Shown here: positions 1 to 11,345 of the stretch, in pieces
Layout of the letters: the number at the start of each line of letters is the position of its first letter
How positions within the stretch are numbered: the stretch's first letter is position 1
NCBI RefSeq assembly: GCF_000406145.1
Contig: NZ_CM001976.1
Location: 2,383,543 to 2,415,542, forward strand
DNA length: 32,000 bases
Direction: 5' to 3'
From: Dickeya dadantii NCPPB 898
GTDB taxonomy: Bacteria; Pseudomonadota; Gammaproteobacteria; Enterobacterales; Enterobacteriaceae
Translations under genes and position numbers: made by a program
Notes under the pieces: model-generated
What the model was told of the DNA's origin: nothing
Database searches by the model: none
The model's input: the letters and a program-made list of their open reading frames with translations, nothing else

Positions 1-2
1 AC

Positions 3-194
3 TGGAGCCTGACCGCCAAAAGCGGGGATAAGCACCTCAAACTGTCTTGCCGCAGCCAGTTGACGGAAAGCGCCGCCGGCGATCTCACGCAACTGTTTTC
101 TGCCTGGCAGAAGATTATTGAGCGAGTCGCGACACAGATGGCGGAAACCGCCCGGCAATGGCAACAAGATGGGAATATGGCGTGTCAATCGTGA
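3..194 (+). CDS. 3' end (63 codons) of an unidentified protein-coding gene that starts upstream of the window
   Basis: Frame 3 is open from the window edge (WSLTAKSGDKHLKLSCRSQLTES...ETARQWQQDGNMACQS) to TGA at 192-194. It is absent from the ORF track because it has no start in the window. A strong hairpin follows at 280-307. No family recognised. Confidence 0.35.
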   Translation, partial: WSLTAKSGDKHLKLSCRSQLTESAAGDLTQLFSAWQKIIERVATQMAETARQWQQDGNMACQS

Positions 195-279
195 AACGGA
201 AAAGCGACGTGTAAACAAACAGAGGATACGTCGATCAGAGGATACGCCGATGCAGCGATAGCTGGTGTTTCCTGAAGAA

Positions 280-307
280 GAGCCAGTTCGGTCACCCGAC
301 CTGGCTC
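280..307. terminator. Hairpin between convergent units, possible bidirectional terminator
   Basis: gagccag-t-tcgg tcac ccga-c-ctggctc gives 7+4 bp of stem with one mismatch and a 4-nt loop. On the minus strand it is followed by ttcttcagg, on the plus strand by ctgtttcac; both U-tracts are weak. Confidence 0.4.
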
Positions 308-332
308 CTGTTTCACGCCCAGAGGCGGCGCG

Positions 333-413
333 CTAAATATGACTGCCGATAGACAGACAACCGTTCAGGATCATGGCGGCCATGACGATACAAACCAGCC
401 CAATAATTCTCAT
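333..413 (-). CDS. Micro-ORF, 26 aa hydrophobic peptide with lipobox-like LNGC (MRIIGLVCIVMAAMILNGCLSIGSHI)
   Basis: ATG at 413 is preceded by GAGGA 6 nt upstream; stop TAG at 333-335. A hydrophobic stretch is followed by L-N-G-C. It is below the ORF-track size cut-off and in a different frame from the listed 103-aa ORF. Confidence 0.4.
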   Translation of the reverse strand: MRIIGLVCIVMAAMILNGCLSIGSHI

Positions 414-452
414 GTTCTTTCCTCACTCGTAACCGAATAAGATGGCTTCCCC

Positions 453-524
453 CTAAAACAGGGAGACACAACCGGTCAGCATACAGACAGCCGCAGCAAA
501 CCCTGCCAACGCCAGAATTTTCAT
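453..524 (-). CDS. Micro-ORF, 23 aa hydrophobic peptide with lipobox-like LTGC (MKILALAGFAAAVCMLTGCVSLF)
   Basis: ATG at 524 is preceded by GAGGG 6 nt upstream; stop TAG at 453-455. It has signal-peptide-like K+hydrophobic composition and an L-T-G-C motif. It sits in tandem with the 333-413 micro-ORF. Confidence 0.4.
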   Translation of the reverse strand: MKILALAGFAAAVCMLTGCVSLF

Positions 525-556
525 ACTCCACCCTCAATAAATAAACTGTACGGTTT

Positions 557-584
557 AGTTTATATAAAGAAAAAACACTGTCAA
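557..584 (-). promoter_or_regulatory. Candidate sigma70 promoter for the micro-ORF unit
   Basis: On the minus strand there is a perfect -35 TTGACA (579-584), a 16-nt spacer and a -10 TAAACT (557-562), about 30 nt upstream of the first micro-ORF SD. Confidence 0.3.
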
Positions 585-734
585 GGCGTTGATTGTCTGA
601 AAAAGAGGGATGAAGACGTACCAAAAAATATCGCTGCGTGACGTACGATGCCGTTGAGCAAACGCCACGCAGATGAGGTTAACGAGGAAAATGTTGGATT
701 TATTGTCCCAATGGGCAACCAGCCCGCTGGCGAT

Positions 735-1361
735 TCATTTCCCTGCCTGCGGGGATGCCCCATGCAGGAAAAGCTGGACACCGTTTCTCACCATTTCTTT
801 GACGCGATCGGTCGAATAATCAGGCAGTTCACGCTGCAACAGCACCGCATCCGCTTCGGCTTTGACCAGCGACGTAAACTGCATGGCTCTCAGCATGGGA
901 TCTGCCGGAGCCAGTTCGCCGGTTTGCATAGCCTCGGCCATGAGATCGGCCAACCTGGCCATGCTCTCTTTCGGCCCCGACCCCTGAAACAAGGCACCGA
1001 TATCTGAATGGCCCGCCTCGCCAACCACAATGCGATAAATTTGCAAAGCCGGGTTGCCACCGGTCAGAACATGCATCATTTTTTCACCAAAACGCGTCAA
1101 CTTGATCTCCAGAGAACGCTGCCCGTCTTCCGGCATGTCGAGCTCCGCCGCCGCGTCCGTCAAAAAGCGCGTACTGTAGGTGCGTACAACCGTCTCAAAC
1201 AACGCTTCCTTTGAGGGAAAGTAGTTATAGAGCGTCGCCTTCGACCCCCCTGCTCGTTTAGCCACCTCATTCATGGACGCCCGTTCGTATCCCGTTTCCT
1301 GAAACAATTGGGCGGCGGCATCGATAATGGCCTGCCGTTTTTCCTCAGTCAGTGTTCGCAT
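735..1361 (-). CDS. TetR/AcrR-family transcriptional regulator
   Basis: 208-aa ORF with an N-terminal TetR-type HTH (ASMNEVAKRAGGSKATLYNYFPSKEALF) and a helical C-terminal ligand domain. A strong SD (GGAGG) lies just upstream of the ATG at 1361. Confidence 0.9.
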   Translation of the reverse strand: MRTLTEEKRQAIIDAAAQLFQETGYERASMNEVAKRAGGSKATLYNYFPSKEALFETVVRTYSTRFLTDAAAELDMPEDGQRSLEIKLTRFGEKMMHVLTGGNPALQIYRIVVGEAGHSDIGALFQGSGPKESMARLADLMAEAMQTGELAPADPMLRAMQFTSLVKAEADAVLLQRELPDYSTDRVKEMVRNGVQLFLHGASPQAGK

Positions 1362-1576
1362 TACGCCTCCTCTGGCACCTGTCCGGAATGATGTAGTCAG
1401 CGTTATTCTTAGGTAACCGGACAGTACAGTTTAATTATGTCGCAGTATGCCACATTCCGGCCCCCCAAGAAACCGCGCGGCGTTGACCATCTCCCGTATG
1501 TGTAAGTCGAGTTTCGGTAACAGCGCGCCCAGCAGTTAAAATCGTACATTTGTATTAAAATAGATATTTAAGTCCG

Positions 1577-1616
1577 TAAAATTAAATTTTATGAAAATAA
1601 ATAAGAATTAAATTCT
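1577..1616. promoter_or_regulatory. Two AT-rich perfect palindromes in the divergent TetR/TetR intergenic region (candidate operators)
   Basis: TAAAATT-A-AATTTTA at 1577-1591 and AGAATT-A-AATTCT at 1604-1616 share the core AATTAAATT. They lie inside a very AT-rich tract (about 1540-1680). Confidence 0.3.
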
Positions 1617-1802
1617 GAATATAAAATCATAAATGGTTTTTTGATCCAAAAGTTCATTCTGTTTTTTTGAGCAAGATTGTCAAATCCACGCTATTCTCTT
1701 CTCACTGCCAGCAAGGATACGATGCAGGCCGGATTACGGAACGCCCGATATCGCCCGCTGTCATCGTGGGCTGGCATTCCCGCTGACGCCCGGAGAGGAA
1801 CC

Positions 1803-2363
1803 ATGAGATCGAAAAGTGAAATCACAGCAGAACAACTGATACGCAGCGCCGCGGCCATCATTCGGCGTGATGGTCTGCACGCCTGTACGCATCGGGCTGT
1901 AGCTGAAGAAGCGCAGATGTCGCTGGGCGCCACCACCTACCATTTTAAAACGCTGGATGATCTGCTGGCCGCGGTGATGCATCAGGCGATTGAAGACTTT
2001 GCGGTCAGCACCCGGCATTGGCTTTCGCTGCGTGGAACCGACGACCCTGCCGCGATCCTGACCGATTTCGTATTCTGGACTATCGGCGAGCGCTCAAGGC
2101 TGACTCGTGAGTACGAACTGTTCGTGGCCGCGGTTTCCCGCCCCTTCCTGCGGGCGCACGCCGCCGAGTGGCTACATGCCCACGAAACGATATTGAGCGA
2201 GCATTTCGGTTTCAGCCGCCCGGTGTCGCAAGCGGCGGTGTCGTTCACCGATGCCTGGTTGATGCGCGGCATTCTGAGCGGCGTCGATGACTTGCCGGAT
2301 GCGGATGTGATTCAGGCGGCGTTTCACGCCATCGTCACCAACAGGTCCGCCATCGGTCCTTAA
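1803..2363 (+). CDS. TetR-family transcriptional regulator
   Basis: The ORF track starts at a TTG (1677), but the ATG at 1803 follows GGAGAGGAA and begins MRSKSEITAEQLIRSAAAIIRRDGLHACTHRAVAEEAQMSLGATTYHFKTLDDLL, a TetR HTH. The upstream 42 codons look non-coding. Confidence 0.85.
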   Translation: MRSKSEITAEQLIRSAAAIIRRDGLHACTHRAVAEEAQMSLGATTYHFKTLDDLLAAVMHQAIEDFAVSTRHWLSLRGTDDPAAILTDFVFWTIGERSRLTREYELFVAAVSRPFLRAHAAEWLHAHETILSEHFGFSRPVSQAAVSFTDAWLMRGILSGVDDLPDADVIQAAFHAIVTNRSAIGP

Positions 2364-2483
2364 CGCACATCTGTGCGGGTCATTGCCACCCGCCCCCATT
2401 GAAATTGAAACGATACATGTTCCTCCGGGGCGGTGAACTGCCCCGGCAGGCATGACTTTGCCGGTAATAAACGACCGGCGAAA

Positions 2484-2585
2484 ACTGGAGCAGTACCTCT
2501 ATGGGAAAAGTACCTACATGGAAAAAATACCGGCATGGGGAAAGTCCCTGCGCGGGAAAAATACCTAAATGGGAAAAGTACCTAC
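2484..2585. repeat. Tandem array of six 17-bp units (consensus ATGGGAAAAGTACCTAC)
   Basis: Units start at 2484, 2501, 2518, 2535, 2552 and 2569. Units 2501 and 2569 are identical 17/17, the others match 13-14/17, and the first is degenerate at 11/17. The array ends 20 bp before the ATG at 2606. Confidence 0.9.
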
Positions 2586-2605
2586 ACGTAACCAAGGACT
2601 ATCGT

Positions 2606-3727
2606 ATGAAGAATGTGAATAACGCGATGAAGGCAGCCGGATTAACGCTGGCGCTCGCGGGAAGCACGGCAGCCTTTGCCGGGAATGCCGCCACTACGCC
2701 GGAACAACGATCGCTGGACCAGATTTACCAGAGCGCGCTAAGAGAAGGCGGTGTAGTCACGGTCTACGCCGGCGGCGACACCGCGGGCCAGCAGGATGGC
2801 ATCAAGCAGGCGTTCGAAAAACGCTTTCCGGGTATGACGCTGAATGTCATCGTGGATTACAGCAAATTTCATGATGCCCGCATCGATAACCAGCTGGCGA
2901 CCGACAGCCTGATTCCGGACGTCGTTCAGCTACAGACGTTGCAGGATTATTCGCGCTGGAAAAAAGAAGGCGCACTGCTGAACTACAAGCCGGCGGGCTG
3001 GGACAAGATCTGGCCGGCATTCCGGGATCAGGACGGTGCCTGGACCGGCATTTTCGTCGATGCGTTCAGTAATGTGGTCAACACCAAGCTGGTCGATCAG
3101 AAATCCTGGCCGCGTGAAGCCAATGATTACCTGCGCCCTGACCTGAAAGGAAAAATCGTTGTCACCTACCCGAACGACGACGACGCCGTGCTGTTCTGGT
3201 TCAAACAGGTGGTGGATAAATACGGCTGGGATTATGTGGCGAAGTTCAGCGAACAAGAGCCGGTTTACGTACGTGGCACCCAGGCGCCGGCGGACGATGT
3301 GGAAAGCGGCAAGTCCGCGGTAACCTTCTCCACTGACGGCGCGCTGGTTCCTGACGCCAAAGCCAGTTCCCGCTTTGTGCTGCCGGCACAAGATCCGTTT
3401 GTCGCCTGGGCGCAGCGCGTGGCAATCTTTAAACAGGCTAAGCATCCGGAATCCGCCAGGCTGTATCTGAGCTGGCTGCTGGACCCGAAAACCCAGACCG
3501 ACGTCTGGTATATGTGGTCGGTTCGCACCGATGTGGCGCCGCCGGCCGGTTACAAGCACATCTGGGAATACAAGAATGCCAGTCCGGAAGCCTTCGAGCG
3601 TTTCATGAGCGACCGGGCGGCAGTCGAACGTTTCAGAGCGCAGATCGGTTTGTATCTGGGCGAAGTCAAAGGCGAACCGTCGCCGGGCTGGCTCGGCCTT
3701 CACCCGGAACAGGCGCTGCCGCACTGA
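2606..3727 (+). CDS. Periplasmic ABC-type solute-binding protein (iron(III)/AfuA-FbpA-like PBP2 fold), orphan
   Basis: The ATG at 2606 follows AAGGA and opens a Sec signal peptide (MKNVNNAMKAAGLTLALAGSTAAFAG). The mature part has the typical extracellular SBP pattern (VTVYAGGD..., DVVQLQ, WTGIFVDAF). The 35-codon extension in the ORF track is a translation of the repeat array. Confidence 0.8.
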   Translation: MKNVNNAMKAAGLTLALAGSTAAFAGNAATTPEQRSLDQIYQSALREGGVVTVYAGGDTAGQQDGIKQAFEKRFPGMTLNVIVDYSKFHDARIDNQLATDSLIPDVVQLQTLQDYSRWKKEGALLNYKPAGWDKIWPAFRDQDGAWTGIFVDAFSNVVNTKLVDQKSWPREANDYLRPDLKGKIVVTYPNDDDAVLFWFKQVVDKYGWDYVAKFSEQEPVYVRGTQAPADDVESGKSAVTFSTDGALVPDAKASSRFVLPAQDPFVAWAQRVAIFKQAKHPESARLYLSWLLDPKTQTDVWYMWSVRTDVAPPAGYKHIWEYKNASPEAFERFMSDRAAVERFRAQIGLYLGEVKGEPSPGWLGLHPEQALPH

Positions 3728-3784
3728 GTTATCTGCCATGTAATACGTTATCCACTATGTAATATGTTATCCGCCACGTAATAC
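3728..3784. repeat. Tandem array of three 19-bp units (GTTATCYGCCAYGTAATAC)
   Basis: Units at 3728-3746, 3747-3765 and 3766-3784 begin 1 nt after the SBP stop codon. Unit 1 vs 3 matches 17/19. The last unit runs into the perfect palindrome CACGTA-A-TACGTG (3775-3787). Confidence 0.85.
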
Positions 3785-3814
3785 GTGAGTGAATGACCTA
3801 TCGCTCATTTGCCA

Positions 3815-3847
3815 GGGATTCCGCCGTGTCACGGAATCCCTTTTTTA
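3815..3847 (+). terminator. Rho-independent terminator of the SBP gene
   Basis: gggattccg (3815-3823), an 8-nt loop and cggaatccc (3832-3840) form a 9-bp perfect stem followed by TTTTTT. Confidence 0.8.
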
Positions 3848-4036
3848 TTCCGCAGAAAACCCGTTCCGCCCGCAAGCTAAATCTCATCACATCTCGCGTC
3901 ACGTTAAGTCTTCTTCACATTAAGTCTTCTTATGTTATCCAGAATTTCGGCGCCGTCACGTCCGGATGAACGTAACCGACTACACTATGATTACACGGCA
4001 TTTTTCCTGATTCTAACCATTCACCGGGATGTGCAT

Positions 4037-5905
4037 ATGACGCATACGCAGCAAGAAAAAGCACCAGGTTTGCTGGCTATTTCCGCTCTGGGCATTGTAT
4101 TTGGCGATATCGGTACCAGCCCGCTTTATACCTTCAATACCGTGATACAACTGGCCGGCGATGGCAGCCGACCGGAAACCATATTGGGCCTGCTTTCCAC
4201 CCTGTTCTGGACGTTGATCATCGTTACCTCGATCAAGTACGCCTTGTTTGCCATGCGGATCGACAACAAAGGCGAAGGCGGCGTGCTGGCGTTGATGTCG
4301 CTGTTGCAGAATAATCAGGCCAAACGCCAGAAATGGATTATTGCCGCCGGGCTGCTGGGCGCGGCCTTTATCTATGGCGACGGCGCGATCACGCCGGCGA
4401 TCTCGGTATTGTCGGCGCTGGAAGGACTGGAGCTGGTTTTGCCGGAAACCACCGATTACATCCTGCCGCTGACAATAGTCCTGCTGGTCCTTATCTTCGC
4501 CATTCAGCCAATGGGTACAGCCAAAATCAGTCGGTTTTTCGCACCGGTGATGCTGCTATGGTTTGCGACGCTGGCTCTGCTGGGCATCAGGAGCATCATG
4601 AATTATCCGGCCGTGCTCTGGGCGTTGAACCCCGTCCATGCGCTGACATTTTTCGCTACCCACGGGCATATCGCCCTGCTGATTCTGGGCGGCGTGTTCC
4701 TGTGCGTCACCGGGGCGGAAGCGCTGTATGCCGATATGGGGCACTTTGGCCGTAAGCCCATCTGGATTGCCTGGTATACGATGGCGCTACCTTGCCTGCT
4801 GCTCAATTATGCCGGTCAGGCGGCATTTATCTTATCCGGCACCGACGCCAACAATAATATTCTTTTTCGCCTGTGCCCTCCGGCGCTGCAAATACCGCTG
4901 GTGATTCTCGCCACGCTGGCTACCATCATTGCCAGTCAGGCCATTATTTCCGGCGCGTTTTCCATGACGCGGCAGGCGATTCAGCTCGGCTGGTTGCCCA
5001 GAATGAAAATCACCCAGACGGCGGAGCAAAGCTACGGCCAAATCTATCTGGGCACCGTTAACTGGCTATTGATGGTGGTTACGCTCAGCCTGGTCATCCT
5101 CTTCCAGTCTTCGGAACGGCTGGCCGCCGCCTATGGTATTGCCGTTTCCATCACGATGCTGATGACGACGCTGCTGTTATATATGGCAATGCGTAAGATT
5201 TGGCACTGGAACAAGATGCTGAGTCTCAGCATCACCGCCATTTTTATCCTGATCGATGTGGGATTCTGCGTCGCCAATATGCTGAAAGTGTTCGACGGCG
5301 GCTATGTTCCGTTGTTGCTGGCGATGCTGATTTTCTGCGTGATGTTTATCTGGCGTCGGGGTGTGACCCGCGTATCGCAGACCGTGGCGGAAAAAACGCT
5401 GCCGGTAGACGAGTTTCTCTCATCGCTACAGGCTGATGGCATTTCGCGCGTGCCGGGCGTCGCCGTATTTTTAACCCGCGTGCAGAATGTCGCGCCGCCG
5501 GTGATGCGCTGGCATGTCAAACGTAACCAGGCCTTGCATGACAAGATCATCGCCCTGACCATTCAGGTGCTGGATGTGCCGCGCGTCAGGGAGGAAGACA
5601 AATTGGTGTTAACCGAAAAATTTCCCGGTTTCTGGCAAGGCGTGGCCTACTACGGATTTATGGAGAAACCCAATATTCCCGAACTGCTCAGGCAAACGCC
5701 GCCGCTGAAAGCCTGTGCCGATCATGAATCCGTAACCTATTATATCGGCCATGAGTCGATCGTCGCCAAAGACAGTACGGACGCCCTGCCGCGCTGGCAA
5801 TCCTACCTGTTCGCCTGGATGATGCGAAACTGCCTGCATGTCACGGAATACTACCAGTTGCCGGGTAATCAGGTGATCGAGATCGGTCGACGCATCGCCA
5901 TCTAG
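4037..5905 (+). CDS. kup: KUP-family potassium uptake protein
   Basis: 622 aa from the ATG at 4037 (MTHTQQEKAPGLLAISALGIVFGDIGTSPLY, the canonical KUP/HAK N-terminal motif). It is polytopic and hydrophobic through about aa 440, with a soluble C-terminal domain. The 35 upstream codons in the ORF track are unlikely to be coding. Confidence 0.95.
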   Translation: MTHTQQEKAPGLLAISALGIVFGDIGTSPLYTFNTVIQLAGDGSRPETILGLLSTLFWTLIIVTSIKYALFAMRIDNKGEGGVLALMSLLQNNQAKRQKWIIAAGLLGAAFIYGDGAITPAISVLSALEGLELVLPETTDYILPLTIVLLVLIFAIQPMGTAKISRFFAPVMLLWFATLALLGIRSIMNYPAVLWALNPVHALTFFATHGHIALLILGGVFLCVTGAEALYADMGHFGRKPIWIAWYTMALPCLLLNYAGQAAFILSGTDANNNILFRLCPPALQIPLVILATLATIIASQAIISGAFSMTRQAIQLGWLPRMKITQTAEQSYGQIYLGTVNWLLMVVTLSLVILFQSSERLAAAYGIAVSITMLMTTLLLYMAMRKIWHWNKMLSLSITAIFILIDVGFCVANMLKVFDGGYVPLLLAMLIFCVMFIWRRGVTRVSQTVAEKTLPVDEFLSSLQADGISRVPGVAVFLTRVQNVAPPVMRWHVKRNQALHDKIIALTIQVLDVPRVREEDKLVLTEKFPGFWQGVAYYGFMEKPNIPELLRQTPPLKACADHESVTYYIGHESIVAKDSTDALPRWQSYLFAWMMRNCLHVTEYYQLPGNQVIEIGRRIAI

Positions 5906-5931
5906 TCATTTATAATTAGTCACTTACGATG

Positions 5932-5968
5932 GAGGACAGGCATATTTCCCTGCCTGTCCTCGCGTTTA
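5932..5968 (+). terminator. Candidate terminator after kup
   Basis: gaggacaggc (5932-5941) pairs with gcctgtcctc (5952-5961), a 10-bp stem with a 10-nt loop. It is followed by gcgtttat, a weak U-tract. Confidence 0.5.
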
Positions 5969-6187
5969 TCCCAACCTCTTCCTGCCCGACAAAGGAGAGG
6001 CCGTAACTCGTTCCACGTTTGCGCCATACGTAAAACCCACATTTCCCCTCCTGCCTGACGATAATCACGCCAATGTTTCAAGTTACCGAGGGTATTAAAA
6101 ATATAAGTATGTTGTAACTAAATAGGTTGTTGTAACTAAATGAGTTTAACGAGGCAGAGCGACATAGATAAATTCTCAATGAGAAAG

Positions 6188-6215
6188 TGAAAAAATAAAG
6201 GGCGGATAGCCGCCC
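6188..6215 (-). terminator. Rho-independent terminator of prtA
   Basis: On the minus strand, gggcgg ctat ccgccc is followed by tttatttttt, about 16 nt after the prtA stop. Confidence 0.75.
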
Positions 6216-6231
6216 TTCGGTGATCAGACAG

Positions 6232-7704
<1,473 letters not shown>

Positions 7705-8044
7705 TCATTAAATTTTTAGATAAAGAACACCTCTGCCAATCTAATGACATATTTTTCAGCATATAAGCCTGATGATATTTGACACAGACAAACAACGCCG
7801 TCACTGGCGCTAATTATTTATATAAGCCACTGTAATGTTTTTGTAAAGAGTCGTTAATCAATTTTCTATTTACTGGAGAGTTAACCCACGGCTTCAATAC
7901 GATGCTAATTGATTAAAGTGGAATAAGTTATTTGAATGATGGCAAATAAAAAAGAAACGGTTGCTTGTTAAAACGGTTAATTTTATCGAGAGGATTTAAT
8001 ACAGAGAAAATAATTTCAGGAATGAATTCTACCCTAATGCAGAA

Positions 8045-8077
8045 TGGAATATTAAACAGGGCAGATAAACTGCCCTG
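8045..8077 (-). terminator. Candidate rho-independent terminator of prtC
   Basis: cagggcag (8057-8064) pairs with ctgccctg (8070-8077) around a 5-nt loop. On the minus strand it is followed by tttaatatt. Confidence 0.6.
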
Positions 8078-8098
8078 TGCAATATTTTCAGAATATCA

Positions 8099-9571
<1,473 letters not shown>

Positions 9572-9631
9572 TCATCCTTTATTCAGGACGAGCAACGCCC
9601 TGCCAGAATGACATGATAATAAGATTCCCGT

Positions 9632-9670
9632 GGAAATCTTATTAAACAGGATGGTTAACCCACCCTGTTT
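9632..9670 (-). terminator. Candidate rho-independent terminator of prtB
   Basis: aaacaggatgg (9644-9654) pairs with ccaccctgttt (9660-9670); the stem contains one G-U pair in the minus-strand RNA. It is followed by uuaauaagauuu. Placement is the same (48 nt window) as the prtC terminator. Confidence 0.5.
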
Positions 9671-9688
9671 AATATTTTCAGTGGTTGA

Positions 9689-11161
<1,473 letters not shown>

Positions 11162-11345
11162 TTACTGTCAGAATGCCTTGTTTCGCCATTAAATCGCCGG
11201 CAATTATCATCACGGCTAATTTAATGACATACCCATCTCTCGCAGCGGGCTGCGAAAGAAATTTCGTGGAAACTGCAATCAATTTTTGTAGAGAAAACCA
11301 TCAGTTTTCATAGACACCACAACCAACTAACGCCAAAGGTTACCG

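Noticed and set aside
313-624. 103-aa minus-strand ORF from the track
   Set aside because: It has no SD and an implausible composition (Cys/Arg-rich, no domain). It spans a promoter-like region and overlaps, in another frame, two micro-ORFs that each have a good SD. The micro-ORF reading explains the region better.
648-1007. 119-aa plus-strand ORF, and 1008-1214
   Set aside because: Both are antisense to the well-supported TetR gene at 735-1361 and have no motifs.
1379-1424. 8-bp inverted repeat CTGTCCGG...CCGGACAG just upstream of the first TetR gene, as a possible operator
   Set aside because: The 30-bp spacing is atypical for TetR operators, and the short GC-rich arms could be chance. 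I kept only the AT-rich palindromes as candidates.
2425-2446. Hairpin ccggggc-N8-gccccgg after the second TetR gene, as a possible terminator
   Set aside because: No U-tract follows it, so I cannot distinguish it from a chance GC-rich stem.
2484-2585. Possibility that the tandem arrays (2484, 3728, 26470, 31629) are CRISPR arrays
   Set aside because: The units are directly abutting with no unique spacers, the period is only 17-19 bp, and there are no cas genes. These are simple tandem repeats.
2501-2605. 35-codon N-terminal extension of the solute-binding protein ORF
   Set aside because: It is simply a translation of the 17-bp tandem array (a period that is not a multiple of 3). The signal peptide and SD are at the ATG at 2606.
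3932-4036. Upstream extensions of kup (3932), the second TetR (1677-1802), the GMC oxidoreductase (27080-27262), prtA (7666-7692) and prtG (17799-17843)
   Set aside because: The internal ATGs have proper SDs and give the canonical family N-termini. The GMC extension also overlaps the preceding gene in another frame.
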